From Raillietiella orientalis (Eukaryota): DNA of 64,000 bases. Below are positions 9,843 through 24,023 of this stretch, in pieces; positions within the stretch are counted from its first letter, which is position 1; each line of letters opens with the position of its first letter. A program made the translations under genes and the position numbers. The notes under the pieces are model-generated. The model was given only the letters and a program-made list of their open reading frames with translations, had not been told where the DNA came from and searched no databases. The stretch covers positions 186,001 to 250,000 of the forward strand of contig JAYWIR010000092.1 of assembly GCA_036172245.1 (NCBI GenBank), in the 5' to 3' direction.

Positions 9843-12800
9843 ATCCGTCTGCTCCATCCACGAGGACCTGGAGCTCCGTGGCTGCAGCGCCATCTCCTGC
9901 AGCCTTAGCAGAACAGCGCGCCTACCTTGAACAAGGATACAAGCCGTCCTTGATTTACAAGGTAGGAAATCTGTTTGTGGGAAACACCGCTCCTAACTTT
10001 AAAAGAGAGTTTCAGCGGTCGGATGTAAAAGAGGAAGACCTGGAAGGTCTCTCCGTGATGAGTGGGGGCCAGCGGGTGGAGCTAACTTGCAAAAATGCAA
10101 GTCTGGCTCAACGCCTGCTGTACACTCCTATCACTCTGGAAGGCCGAAAGGTCTTCCCTGTAACGGAGGACCGCTCCATTGTTGCACACCTAACCGGTGT
10201 TACTCTTCGCATGACCAAAGCTGGCGTGCAGGAAGAGTTGCAAACACATGGTACGGTACACGCGCTCTGGACCAAGCCGAACGTCTTCCAAACATACGGA
10301 AGACTGTTCAGTGGCATGCCTGCAGCGCGTGTGACGGTCCACGAAAACGGTGGGCTGCTTCACAAACTCGACGTCGGCAACGAGGTCGTCGACGTCTGAT
10401 ACGTGGGCAAGCTCAAGTACTGTGGGCACTGTGATGCAACAGGGCACCTGAAAAAACGGTGCCCCCACATCCAGTGCTTCCACTGAGCCGAAAAGGGCCA
10501 CCTGCGGAAGGTGTGTCCTAAACGCGAAACCCCGGCTCCCCCTGCTTTGAAAAAAGCCAAAGGGAAACGCGCGGGGCGATCGGACAAGCCTAAGGAGGCA
10601 CCTGAGAGGCGGAACCCACAGCCAGAGCCCGAACCCGTGCTGCAAGCGCCGGTGGAGGGTACTCCCGACGACGCTGGAGAGAGCGAGGGCTGGCATGAGG
10701 CGAAGCCTAAAAGGAAAAAAATAAAGAATACCGAAGAACCGACAGCGGAACCCGCGACATCTTCTTTAAATAGGAGACAACGCCGCGCGTTGCTCGGCGA
10801 ATGTTCGTTCACTTTGGAGCGTGTGGAGGTCCCCGAGACCGTCACCGGGGGAGATATCCCCCGCCTCGTTGACGACGAAGTCGCGACCGCGGAAGGCGAA
10901 CCCTCTGTGCAAACAGAGGGGGAGCCCAGCGACGCGTTCGCCGCAATCGAGGACGCCGCCTTCCAGCAGGCGGGGGAAGAGCTCGCGGCCGAACTCGCTG
11001 AGCGTGAGAACGGCGCACGAAAGGCCTTGCGAAGGCCGGCCGCGAGCAAGGCACCTCCGACAGGTGACTACGAACCGGATGCCGGAAGTGCGTCCTCCTC
11101 CGCGGAGGCGCCTTCGAAGAAGACTGGACGGAAGTCCAAGAATCCCAAGAGGCGCATCCCGACAAAGCAGGAGGGGACGCACCGGCATCCGAGGGGGAAG
11201 CCGGCAGCGTGGGAACGGAGGGAGGGATTTTCCCACCCTCTGCTACGGAGCAACTGGCGACCCCCATGGAGGAGGGGGATAAGGTAAGCGATTGCCGTCC
11301 CCTCCCAACGGTGGAGCCTGCTCAGGAGATAGCCATGGAAGAGGGGGAGCAGACAGCTGACAAGCGCTCCCCCCTGCCGTCCAGCGCAGCCGACGAATCG
11401 GCCCTTATGAAAGAGGGGGAGCAGGTGCGTGAAACCCGCCCCCTTAAACCGTTGCGGTCCGCCGAGGAATCGGCCCCTATGGAGGAGGGAGAACCGGTGC
11501 GCGGTGATCCCCTTCCTCCATCCGTCCCTTTCGACCAGGTGCCGGGCGCTTCATTATCACTTTCCCAGAAATAAAACCTGGGCCCGCCTGTCGTCGTCGA
11601 TTACGCGTGGCCTGCAGGAACGTCAACGGGCTGCGCGACGACGGCCACAGACGGGACACGGCCTCCACCCTGCGTGACTTCGACCTGGCGCTCCTGCAGG
11701 AGATCCACGTGATCACCGCGGAGAACGCCCAGGAGATCGAAAGGATCGCAGGGGAGCGGCTTGTGTGGCAATGCGGCGCCCGCAAAACCTGTGGGGTCGC
11801 GATTCTTCATGAAGCCGGCGGTCGACGCAGCCGTGAAGGGCGTGCACTTCGACGAAGCCGGTCGTATCGGCCTGCTGATTCTCAGGTGGTCCCACGCTAT
11901 TGACTTCGTCTTTACAAACGTGTATGCCTCGAGCGGTCCTGCCAGGTACCAGGAACGTGCGGCGTTCCTGGAAACCCTGAAGCGCGACTGGCTGGTGGAA
12001 GCGAACGTGCGCAGGGTTCACCTGATTGCTGGCGATTTCAACCTGCGCCTGCTCTCAGGTGATGCCCACGCACAGGTACGGACAGCCAACGAGTTGTGCG
12101 CTGCCATGCGCACGCGCAACTTGTTGGGGGATCTCCCGGGAATGGCCAACAGCATCGACTATTTTTTCCTGGATGCTGACCTGCGTTCACGGGTCGGCAA
12201 TCGGGGGAGAGTTGCGTCGACGCTGCGAACCATTCCCGGCTAATTATCGAGGTATGCCCTCGCTACAAGGGTCCCCCTTCCAGGGCGTGGCGGCTGCCTG
12301 GGGACTGGACGCGACTCTCATGTGCGAAAGAACATCTTCGCCAATTCCTGAGAGGCGTCACCCTCCGGAATCTCGCTGATTGAGACCTTTTAAAGGCCTC
12401 GGTCCGCGAGTTCTGCGAGGAGTTCCCTTGCACCGCCTGCCCCTCGGATTTGGGGATTGGGTCCGTAACGAACGGGCGTATTTGTATGCCCGCCGTTACG
12501 CAAAGACCCCCAACATCCGTCGCCTGGCGAAGTATCGAGCCAAGGCCGAACGTCAAGCCTGGCAATCCGGGTAGGCCAGCTTGCTGGACGACCAGGGCCG
12601 GGAGCACTCGGCTCCGGCTAGAATACGGCACCTCGTGCGGTGTTATTATTCCTCCCTTTACGCCAAGGCACCTCGGGAACAAAATGCCTCTCGGCGCTTG
12701 CTTCCGGATGGTGCTTCGGCAATAGGGAAGGAAGAGAAGGAAAGCCTGGACGAGCCTTTTATTACCGGCGAAATTCTCGCCGGTATCGAAAGGCTCAAGA

Positions 12801-13435
12801 GGCGGAAAGCACCAGGGGAGGACGGCCTGCTCGCGGAGTTTTTTCAATGCTTCGCGGCAGTTGGCACCCCTGGTGCTTCAGTTGACAAGGCTTATCCGAG
12901 ACGAAGGCGATGTTCCCGTCTCGTTTCGGTCAGCCAGTGTGAGGCTCCTTCCCAAGAGAGGAGACCTCAGAGAACTCAGCAACTGGCGTCCGATCACCAT
13001 TGTGAATACGGACGCCAAGCTGATGGCCGGACTGTAAGCGTCGCGTCTAGGACAGGTGGCAGAATCCTTAATTAGCCCGGAACAGACTTACGCTGTTCCC
13101 GTGCGAAGTATGGATGCCAACCTGTTCTTCGCGAGCACATGGTTTTGCTGGCAGAGTAGTAAACATGATCGAGAGCGTGTGAGTGGTTACCCCGCTGTGG
13201 GGGCGCCAGCCGGGCAGGGAAGGGACACCGGGGCGGAGAAGGGGGCCTTAGCGATCGCGGTCGATCTGCATAAAGCGTTCGACTGCGTGGACCAGGAGCT
13301 TTTGTTGGAGCTCCTGGGTCGCATGGGCTTCCCACCCTCCCTACTAACCTACCTGCGCTCCTGCTGGCGCAACGCTATAATCAACGTCTCTTTCAGTAGT
13401 CAACAAGTGTACGGCGTGCCGGTGCGACGGGGCAT

Positions 13436-14070
13436 AGCCTTCCACCACCGCACAAGTATTGCGGTGATGAACAGGGCCATGGTCGTCCTCACCATGGTAT
13501 TGTAACAGGGAACATTACCATCTCTCTGAAACATCCCAGCGAGGATCTCCATTGTGCAGCTGGTGGGGAGTCCAATGATCCTTTTCAGGGTCAGCCAGTC
13601 GTGTAGCAACGTGGGACACGTCAAGACGTGGAGTCTGGTGTCAGTATCACCACATGCTACGCAGTCTCGATCTTCCCGTCTTCCGGTAAAGTACTGGAGT
13701 CTGGACCCGCTTTGGATTCCTCCATGATAAAACATCAGGAGGTTGTCCTGCGTGTCCGGCGGTAGGTGACTCCTTCAGAGCGTGGTTTCGATCGCTAGCA
13801 GCTTGATTCGATGACACCCGTAGCGATCGGCTGCTTCTTGGAGGGCACTGATGTCTCTGTCGTCTTCTTTAATCAATCTTCTGAGGTTTATTTTGGTCAC
13901 CGTAGACCACGCGAGATCGTAGTGGTTGATCCACACCTCGCGGGTCATATGGGTGTACCTTCCTAACATCATCTCTATTTACTGAAGTATACGAGTATGG
14001 TGTAGGTAACCTCCGCTGCGTAAATCAGTTCGACTCGCCAACCCATACTATGGACGGGAAACTCTTAAGG
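13436..14070 (-). mobile_element. Copy F: ORF2 C-terminal fragment of a divergent L1/Tx1 family
   Basis: ORF 13400-13735 has FYHGG and CVACGDTDTRLHVLTC, resembling the C-terminal Cys motif of L1-type ORF2. Confidence 0.7.
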
Positions 14071-14329
14071 GTTTCCTATCACAATTTCAACCTCGAAAGT
14101 TCCCATTTATACAAACGTGCAGTGTTCTCCTCATGAGATTATCTATCCCGTAGACCAGGGACGGCTAGTAGCTTCTGGCATTCTAGGTTGTGGGTTTGAC
14201 GATTTATGCAGCGATGTTGCTGCAACAACTAAGCTCCAGCTCATCGCCTGTGACCGAGACGGTAGCGCAGTGGCAGTTGTCCTTGATACCGATGAGACGG
14301 GTGCTTAGGATTCCATGAAATTGATAGCC

Positions 14330-15202
14330 ACCACTTCCAAATGTGAAGCAGAGGAACACGTTTCTCCCTTCCTTATCTAAATTGCAGTGTCATGATGCAT
14401 CGCTGCAATGGGACACCAGCAGTCCCACAAACCACACGAACTCGAAAATAAAACCTTATTAACCACCAGTTCGCGAAGCGACGACAAAGCACATCCGATC
14501 GCAAAAAGAACTGTTTGGATTGCGGATGCCAATTGTGCATGATACGGAGAAAGAGAAACCTAAACTTACCTCCAATTCGACTGTCGGCCTGCGCCTCATG
14601 TGGGGACAAAATTCGTCGATTTTGAACACCTGTCTGTGCGACTCAAAATACATTTTCGATCGTCTTCTCATTCGCAACACCATGCCAACATTCGCGTGTG
14701 TAGCAGTTCTTTGCTGAATTCGCAGAATCCAGGAGAAGTGGACTCCGCCGAGGATAGGACACCAAAGCCGGGTAGCAATTCATTGGGCAGTCATTTCCAT
14801 GAAGAGGGCTTCTCAATGGCCCCGGTTGAGGAAAATTTTGCGGGCAGTTGTCCACATCCAAAAGTAGATGCACAGGCCTTCTCGCCGTATACCTTGATCC
14901 CTCCTTTTATTCCCTCTCCCTATAAAACTTTGATAAATATGTTTTTGTTTTGGTTTCCTTTTTTTTGTTTTTCTGTATAGTTCTTTCATTTAGAGCACTA
15001 TAGAGGCAAGCAAGTCGGTAAGGACAGGTGTAACAAATCAAATCAGAATTGTGGGTTCTGGCTCAAAAAAACTACAATAAAATTAGACTTTATAATACAG
15101 TTTATTGAGAAATTCGAATCATAATAAAATAAATAAGAAGATAAAGAAATAATCTTAATAATACAATTTTAGTAATAAAAGATCCGGATTATCCGAGTGA
15201 AA
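14330..15202 (+). mobile_element. Old 3' fragment of a Tx1-like family (family 4) with terminal module
   Basis: Similar to 38400-38700 and 25270-25604; has the T-rich tract after gatccctcc and ends aataaaagatccggattatccgagtgaaa. Confidence 0.6.
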
Positions 15203-15400
15203 ATCAAGAAGATACCAAATGGATCAAATATTATCCAAGAGGCACAGATTCTTCTGAAAACACCGTGGAGAGAGTCCCACTAGAAAAAGAACATCCATAA
15301 ATTCATAAGATGTCTTGCACGAAACTTTATTTAAAATAAACCAGTTGATTCTGATGCTTTCAATCGATGGTTTCAACACTTTGCACGCAGTGTTCTTCTA
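15203..15400 (+). mobile_element. Fragment of family-2 ORF2 (post-RT region)
   Basis: Aligns by eye with 44282-44450 (cttctgaaaac..ggagaga..cccact..actttatttaaaataaaccagttgattct). Confidence 0.7.
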
Positions 15401-18400
15401 ATAGAATACTGTTCTTGGCATGTTTCGGGGAACCTCACGCAACTGCTGTCTTTTCCCTGTCTTTCACGGTTTCTCGGTGCTTCTCTCGATATCTACCAGA
15501 GGGAAAGCACATTCCAGATAATCGGACCGGGCTGTACAGGAGAACGTGTTAGTTCATATGCGGGCTTGAGTTAGCGTGCAACAACGACCTCGGACGCCGG
15601 CAGCTGGAATCCGAGTTCAACGGCGTCCCTGATTTCACATTAAACAATTGCCACCCACTCACGTAGTTTTCGTCTCTCCACGCTTTTCTTGAGTGCAGTA
15701 CCGTTTTGGGTGCTGGCCTCCCAGCAAAAAGTCACAATAGCAGTGAAGGATGTGTCATCTGCCAATTTGCTTCTCAGGCAAGACACCAGGCCGTCTCTTT
15801 AGTAAATGCTTTGCCAGAAACGCCAGTTTTTGTCCAATCAAAGGAATGTTAATCTGTCTATGTGAAATGACCTCTGCTTCTACAAAAATTTCATATAGTT
15901 AAATCCTTAGTTGAATCCCTTTGCTAGAGTACTCTTATCTCGTGGATACAGTATCGCTGGCGGTTTCGAATTGGTAGTTTTTTTGTACCTTCGATCTGAA
16001 TTTTCTGCTTCTTAATGGACCTTTCTTCGGAGCAAAGTGAACGAAGTACATGTGAAGAATTTGAAGACTTATTCAGGGCACTGCCTGCAGGCAACGCTTT
16101 GGACCGACATTCTTCAGTGTGCGATCGAATGATAGGCAAGGAAGTTTAAGAATGTGTTCAATGAGATCGCAAACGACTGAGTACGTGCAGCAGGAATAGA
16201 ACCCGTGCTACCCTACCAACGGAAGGGTCTGATTCCAGGAAGCCGTTAACACGTGAGCAATAAACCGGTAGCCAAACGTGAACGGAAGCAATGTATCCTC
16301 TGCGTGCGTAACGCAACTCCATCCTTCGATAGGTCCTCGAAGTTCCTGCAAAGGATGCGTCGTGTGCAAGTCCTGAATCGCCAGCAAGCCAATCTCCCTT
16401 AAGCAGCACAAGGACATCCGCCATACAACAAGATGGGTAGTTACTGTGGAAACCGCAAATGGAGAAGAGACCTAAGAAATTAAAGCACCTTCTAGAACCC
16501 CAACTCTGCGAGTTAAAATGGTGGAAATCGTGAACTTATATGTTAATGTGTTGAACAAAGAATTGCGGCGAGAGACCTGCAGTGACTCTGTGCACATGAA
16601 TTCCAGCATCTTTCCTTTAACGTGACAGAAGTCGGCACTCATGCTACTGCACTAAGGCCATCCGTGCAACCCCCGATGGTATCAATGGACACGGGTGTGC
16701 TTGCAAGCTGTGGAGAGTGGGTACATCTTCCTCACCATCAAGATCACTATCCGGCCCAATTGCCTCTTGAGGTGTGCATTAACGGGAGAGGTCCCTTCGA
16801 ATATTTGCGGAAACTGCAAATACGTTTTGCAGTTCATCTTCATGCCTTTGCGCTGTCCGCATCCTTAGCGGCACTTTGCTGCCCCAGTGTCAGGACCGCG
16901 ACTGTTTGCAGCAAGAGTAGAGGACATTAGAACGAAACTGAAGGCATCTCTGCCGCTGTTCTCTGCATCGCGGCATCGTCTAAATACCTCGAACTGGTAT
17001 TGATGAAACGGAGACTCAATATCACGTTTAAGGAATCGCAGATAATATTCTGCGACACAAGGCTATCCCTTGCCCAACCTCCCCATTCCTTCGCCTCTAT
17101 GCTTTCCTTCTTCTACGTTTTTTCCGTGCCGTCGCAGAAATGTTTGCATGCCTTTTGCTATTTTCCTTCACATTCCTGCTCGCAAATGCATGTAAGCCAG
17201 CAGGATCGAACGTCATGACACAGACGTGAAGCATTTTGTAAACAAACCTATCAGTTGACCTGATGTGAATTCGTCTTTATGGTGTGAATCAAAAACGAAC
17301 ATCTAGGCAATATATGCTTTATTGCACGTTATGGAGACGCAAACGTATATTCCACTTCTATTTAGGTTTCTGTTCGCCTGATGGAGTGGAAAACGCTAAT
17401 AATACGCCGCACCAGCCGCCTTCGTTAAAAGAGCAGCCCAAACGAAAAGGTGTGGTTTTGGGCAATTTTGTTTCATACGGTAAGCTCCTGGAACAGAACA
17501 TGAGCGGAATGAAAGGTGTTTGACACACCCAACGTTTGCATTGCATGCACAGTATTGCCGTCGGTTTCTTTCTTTGCATCTATTAGCCAAATGTGCAGTC
17601 GGACCTAGAAATAGAACCGATGTACGATGGAGAAATTGAAACGGAACCCAGTCGTATTTCGAGGTCGTTTCAACGTCTCTGTAGTACATCGGTTCTGACG
17701 TAAGCAAGAGTTTTGTTTTACTTATGGATTTGTTGAATTTCTGTGTTTACATTTCGATTAGAGGTGTTCAACTGGATTCAAGGGGTTCCAAAATGTATGA
17801 ACTCCGGTAAGCTTCTATAAGTTTCTTTATAGAGCACATGTACAAACATGATTATATATAAGCTAAAGAAAGAATAAGATGAGAACAATTGCAAACACAT
17901 GTAAAATGAAGAAAACGGACATAGACTTAGGTTCAATCAATGAATCGCTTTCGTTTTCCGCAAAGCCTTTAGGAATGTCGGTAACCCTGATTTCTAGAAA
18001 CAATCTTCACGCAAGCTATCTCAGACCTGATCCCATAGTCAATCTGTTGACTGCGCTATTCGAATGCCTACCATGGGAGTAATTTCTACCAAATTCTATA
18101 CATGCACTGTCCAGAAAATTTTTTTCATGAAGTGCCAATGTGTCGCAAATTATCTTTTAGTAAAAGATTTTGCCTTTGCAATGCTTTTGTTTCCCTCGTG
18201 AGAACCAAGGAATTTTGGCTACAGCATTTCTGTTTTGCGGTTCTGATCATAGCCGACAAAAGCAGATCATAGGTTCCTAGTTGCAATCCTTTTTCAATTC
18301 CTCATAAAATAGCGGTTCCCAAACTACACCAACGCATGTCGATGCCACCCTCAACAGGCATACAAAAACATTTTGCATGGGTCGCAGCGCCTTCTCGAAT

Positions 18401-18999
18401 TCTGCAATAAGAGAGTGTCTTACCCGCGACTTCCTTGAATTTGGCACAAACAGGTTTTTTTATCTCCCACAATTACAATCGTGGTTTCACGGGGATCGCC
18501 GTTCACTGTCTGAAAGAAAATCATGTGAAGGATCCGAAGCCACAGGATAACTTTACCGTCACATCCACAGTGCAGTTTGTTGCGCGAAGATCTTCAAAAC
18601 CGGGACCCCACGCCTGGATGCAGTGCTGATCTGATTTGTCATCTCTTGGAGTTGCAAACAACAATGAGCATCCTCCCGTCAGATTCCAAAATCTAAAGTC
18701 AGCAGGAGACTGTCGACCTTGTAGCCCAATTTGAGTAGCCACGGTTGCTCCGAGCAACGCGGCCACTACAAGCAGCAGACTCCAAAACGTTTGATATCTT
18801 GCATGTCCAGCCTTTTGAAATCACGCGAATCATGAAAGAAATGTTAGGAAGATCAATGGCAGTCACTCTTCCGATCACATGAACACACGTAGTACTTTTC
18901 TGAGAAGGGTAAACGTCATTTGCAGACATACCAACAGCCGCACTCTTTGGCCGCGTTCCGCAGTCACAACACGAAGATGAGAGCCCACGCGTTTGGAAT

Positions 19000-19850
19000 C
19001 GACACAAGAACTCCCGGTTCATATTGCAGCAGATGTTTTAGCAGATATCAAGAGCCATCGCAGATTTTGTTTCGAAAGAGCCACTTCAGCATTGGAACAT
19101 ATGCTACCTATTCTCTCTCCGCACGCGCGCCGCAGGGGCAACCATTCTGCTAACAAGGCAGTTTCATGTGAGGAACCAGGCGCTGTTCTTCATCGTCTAA
19201 AAACGGCGCAGGAATAATAGCGTGCTTGAAATGCAAACATTAGAGTTAGACCATGAGACATGGATTTCCGATCACCGCAACGGAAGAAGTCGCCCAGGAG
19301 CTTTTAATTATAATGAAGAGGACGAATTTCTAGAGAAACAAGCATAGCGTCAAGGCACGCCTCCGGTTTCAAATGCCATATGCCCAGATATTTCAGGGCA
19401 TCGGTTTAGGCACATTTGTTTGCTTTTAGCCTCGCCCGTATGTTCCCAAACGATCACCGTAATTCTGTTGGCATCTCTGTGAAAGAGCGTTAACGTACAA
19501 GACAGTTCTCACCATTTGCATCTTGATAAGCATCACAGCGCTCGGTTTCTTCTGCGCAGTTGTCGTGGTGTTGAATAAGCCACTGAGGGAGACGTAAACT
19601 GTGGTTGATTCGATGTCTCTTCTGGAGATGAAGGCGGAACCTTTGGCTTTCCTGTTGCTAATGGCAGCGCAAGGAGCCTGACACCGATGCTGGCTTTGCA
19701 TAGTGCTCGAGACACTTGGATGCTGAGTACCTGCTTTGCGTCACTCCTGCAGATGAGATCCATCTTCGCTGTAGTGCTTGTTTGTTGTTGCAGCAAATTC
19801 ACAATGTGCATCTCGTTCAGGGAAGATTTTCTTTTTTTCTCTCTAGCAAG
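19000..19850 (-). pseudogene. Very decayed LINE endonuclease relic
   Basis: Residual DLIC and SNRKAKGSAFI..YVSLSG motifs resemble an APE endonuclease N-terminus. Confidence 0.35.
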
Positions 19851-21999
19851 CCGTGTGCTCGTGATTCGGTAGACTGCCGCACAACCTTGCAGGTTGCGCC
19901 CGAAAGAGGAAAAAAACTCGTAGACGGCGACGACTCTTTCTAGAAGCTAGGTGGGGATTCGTGTGGCGCCAATCCATCGGCGCAGAGGAAAAGAAACACA
20001 TCGTATTTTTGGTTTTCCATGTAAACAAGCTTCTTTAAAACTGGATGATCAGCGAACAGCAAGGATTTATTTCGAGATTTGGAAATCCTTCAATTGGATT
20101 GCAAAACATTTACAAATCTAGCTCTCTGTGGAAATCATTGGCCACATGGCAGTTCTCGTTCACAAAAGGTCATCCGGAATCACATAGACAAATTTGAGGA
20201 CTTTGCCTGTGTATGTTTTAAACGGAGCACAATGTGCCAAGGATCAACTCCGTTGTATTCATGAAGCTGAAAATTACTCCGTTGAGAAATCATGGTAACG
20301 CTGCTTACAGTCCAAATGTCATGTCTTTTGAGTTTCATTTTTGCCTGTATCAAGATGGGACTTCCGAGACACCTTGGTTGAACAGCTATATCCATGAGAC
20401 CCAATCGTCAGGGCTCGGCTTTTTTATTGAAGTCTCAGTGGAGCACCGAATTTGCAGCAGAAGCATCAGAAGATTTGTCGCGGACGATGGAAGGACAGCA
20501 GGCGTTTTTTGCTTCATCCAGAGTTCTTCAGGTTAAAACCTGCATACGTGACTGCTAAGCAAACACGTGATCAGACGTTTGTGTTTGAGAAACAAGAGCA
20601 GGCTGATTTCTGCTGCGGCGAGCACGTGACGCAATTTTTTGCTTCCCTTTGCAAGAAATCGACGGGCGTTGCAGTTCACACTCGTAAAATGGTATTCATG
20701 GCAGGCAAACATTTTATTCTTGAAATCAAGCAAGCGATACCAAAAACCGACAAAAGTGTGTCTGGCGGTACCACAGCAGAGGAGAAGAGTGGGACCAAAG
20801 GAAATAAACAAAGGGATGATTAGCGAAAAAGCACCTTTTGAGAAGAGTAAAGACGCTTGGAAGAACTCTCGGGAATCAATGTGTTCAACTTATGTCCGTT
20901 GTGTATAGCAGTCTGTCAGAAAAAAGCTGCTATAATAGATTGTGGACTCAATGAATAGCGTATAATACATGCTATATGGAACTTGTTCACTAGCCTGAAC
21001 AAGTAGCACACGCCGGGAAACCACCAAAAGAACTGCAGGCAAAGCAGTAAAGGTATCACATAGACAATTGAAGTTTTCTCTTTATCGTTCCTTACAGGCA
21101 GTGGATATCTGCTCGCAAACATAAGGAAAGTTTGCCTGGGACTAATAAAGCTCGCCTATACATCAGGCAAGTTCATCTTCCAGACGCGCCTAATCTAAGA
21201 TACCTTTTTCGACAATTCGGTCAAATATTTGGCCCAATAGACGCTCAAAAGTGTTCAAAGAGAATTCTACCAAGACCTCTCTGATGCATATCCAAGAGAC
21301 TTAACAAGAAGCGCTTATTCTGGAAAGTTTGGGAATCTTAATATTTCTCAGAACACGACATCAAGAATATGTGGCAAAAAGAAAGGAAGGCTTAAAATAA
21401 AACAGAAAACTATTGAAATACCTTTAAAGGATGCGCAGGATAACAACTTAATTCACTTGCATCGTATCTCAAGCAACCGGACGGTTGTAGCTCAGCAGAA
21501 CAAAAAGCTAGGACTTCAAAGAGGACATGACATTTCGGATCAGCCAGTTTGCCAGAGGAGCCGGCCGATATCATCCGGTTCCTGCTCAGTAAGGCACTTC
21601 GATTTCCTGGATAGTGTATTCTTCAAATAATAGAGATAACATTTCAGAGTAAACTCGAAAACCTTTTTCATGTGAACTAAATTGCTTTTTGCGTTCTGAT
21701 CGAACAGGACTTTAGGGCTAAGATGCAGAGAGCACTTGCTCAACACCGTTGTGCACTCCGCTGTGGTTCAGTTCCATGTTAAAGAAGAAGGAAAAACTAA
21801 ACCAAACTAAAAGCACAATAAACAATGGAATCCTAAATTACTCATGGAGAGAGTTCGGGAAATGAATTGAGGTTTTCCATTGAAGAATTTCAGGATCATG
21901 GAGAGCATCCTTAGGGTGTACGGAGGGTAACGCATATTTGATAAATTCAACAAGGTTTACCTTTCCCTCACGCTGTTTCTCTTCTCAGTTTTGCGGCCC

Positions 22000-22402
22000 C
22001 CCAGCTTGGTCCCCTACTTTTTGTGTGCTCCGTTCCTAATCAAATTATGACACGAACAAGGGGTCTAATCAAGAAAGCCCTTTGGGATACCCGGAGGTTC
22101 CGCGACCGACTGAAGGACTTGTGCGCTCCACGCAGGGACGGTAAGCATGGTCTCCTAACGTTCGAGCGCATCGAGAGTCAGCTCCAAATTACGAAACTTG
22201 CCCTTGCAGCACACTACTGCATAGCACCATGGTGTGCGCCTGCAAAACTCCTTGCCCACGGGGCAACCGGCTGCAGCGGATGGACCTCAATCCTAGTAAC
22301 CAACGACTGTAGAATGTACCATTGTGGCATTCAGCTACGGGAATTGGTGGATCTGGTGAGGAGCAGCCCGCTGATTTCCTGCAGCACCGCAAATTGAACT
22401 AC
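22000..22402 (+). mobile_element. Degenerate family-1 ORF2 fragment
   Basis: ORF 22023-22397 has KALW..RLKDLCAPRRDG..GLL..WCAPAKLL..CGIQLR. Confidence 0.85.
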
Positions 22403-24023
22403 TCGGCTCTTCCAGGGAATACATCTTCGGTATGCAGAGAAAAAAGAATGCATTGCTGTTTCCATTGTGTGGAAAACGAATGATGCCAATGCATACGCTG
22501 CCAATGCATCTACAATCCTCTGTACTTTGCGAGACTCTCACAACGAGAATATGGTCGTTTGACTTCTTTTGCAGCCTCTATTCGTTTTTTCTTCTGCAAA
22601 GATTTCTCTGAAGTATGTTGTTGCAGAAAAAGCTTGTTCAAAAAAGCTTCTATGTACTTGGACTTCCATTTTACCGAGATAGATCGATTTTCATTTCATA
22701 TGCCTCTACTCTTTATTTATGAATTACATTTTACGTTGATGGTACCGAAGTAACCAAGTAACAAACGCCAGAGAAGTAAGAAACCTAAACCGGACTACTT
22801 TTGAAGAATCTGTCTAATCACAGGAAAGTTTTCCATTTGCTGTGGGCGCTTCCTCGTTCTGAGATCATGAGCTCTTGGTCTTGCAGTTTGTGCAAAGGAA
22901 GCGAAAGCCCCGTGATCTAAGAAAAAAGTTGCTCGTTTCTCAACTTGCTAGTGGCCTGGGAGGCAATTGACTTCATATGTAAATTTAACTTGCCTTTGCT
23001 AATAAACAAACGAGGAAAAGAAAAACTCAGTTCTTCCAAACCTTCAAGGTACCATGCAGTGTGGCCGACATCCCTCTTGGCGCACAGTAAGCATGCGAGC
23101 TTATCAGCTCGAGCGGAGATGTCCGAACGTCTCTATAGGCAAAGAAACTACGAAACGCCTGATTTCTTTGTTCGCAATCGCCAACCATCAATGTTTTTCT
23201 TCTCGATTTCGCGACCATCGTACCATTTTTGTTATACGATGAAGGCAATCCTACAAACCAGTATCCGTGTTCCTCCCCAGAACTTTTCATTAGCGTCACA
23301 CAGGGTGTCGTGAATCTGTTCCCCGTGATCTCTCATCTTGGAGAGATCAGCTTTACCGATCCCTCTTTTACAGTATAAACCAACTTTTCTTTTCCAAACA
23401 CACATGGAAAAAATAAAATTTAGTTTGTGTTCCCTTATTTGGATCGTTATGAAACCCATGCCGTGCCATAAAGTCAGCAGACCTTTATGTCAATGCACAC
23501 CCTTCCAATGGAACCAAAGAACAAGCGGTTAATAGCTTCGCTTTAGCAATCATGTGAAAGCAATTGAGCACTATAGTTTCGTCACTTTGATCAGGTTGCT
23601 TCCTGGAATTGCAGCCAGCAATTCAAGTTCTTCGGAAAAGTGCAATTTGCCACGAATGGTGTCTGCAGTATCAGTTTTTCATTTTCTCTTCCAGGGAGTC
23701 TGAAACAAAGCTGCAGTCAAAATAGGCGGCAATGCAATTTGAATTTGGGGATGCATTTGTTTACATGGTCACAATTAAGCATGGAAAACAACTTTTCCGA
23801 TTCCGATATTGGAATTCGCGATAAATGTTCACTCGATATTTACGTACGAAAACGTTTTCATACGTTCCACCGCACACCCGACAGGTCAGAATTAAACTGC
23901 TAATCTCAGCTGTAAGTCTCATACGAGAAAAGAGTTTCATGGATCACCAGCAATAATTCAGCGTTATTGAATTGCATGCTGGAGCAAGGCACTGTTTCAC
24001 CTGAGATTTGGGTGGAATGTGCA
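22403..24023. repeat. 1.6-kb segment, arm 1 of an inverted duplication
   Basis: Reverse complement of 34959-36580; mirrored short ORFs are nearly identical (e.g. 23338-23532 vs 35450-35644). Confidence 0.95.

Larger units (their letters stand above)
9509..13435 (+). mobile_element. Tx1-like copy E: 5'UTR, ORF1 (about 9602-11574) and ORF2 to RT motif B
   Basis: 5' end gcgtgcggacgtgtttc; ORF1 YKPSLIYKVG plus CCHC knuckles; endonuclease LQEIH, NVYA, AGDFN; RT DLHKAFD; ends at VPVRRGI. Confidence 0.93.

Noticed and set aside
15560..21990. Host protein-coding gene in the AT-rich stretch
   Set aside because: Only short ORFs and scattered decayed LINE-like motifs; no convincing exon structure, although small exons cannot be excluded.
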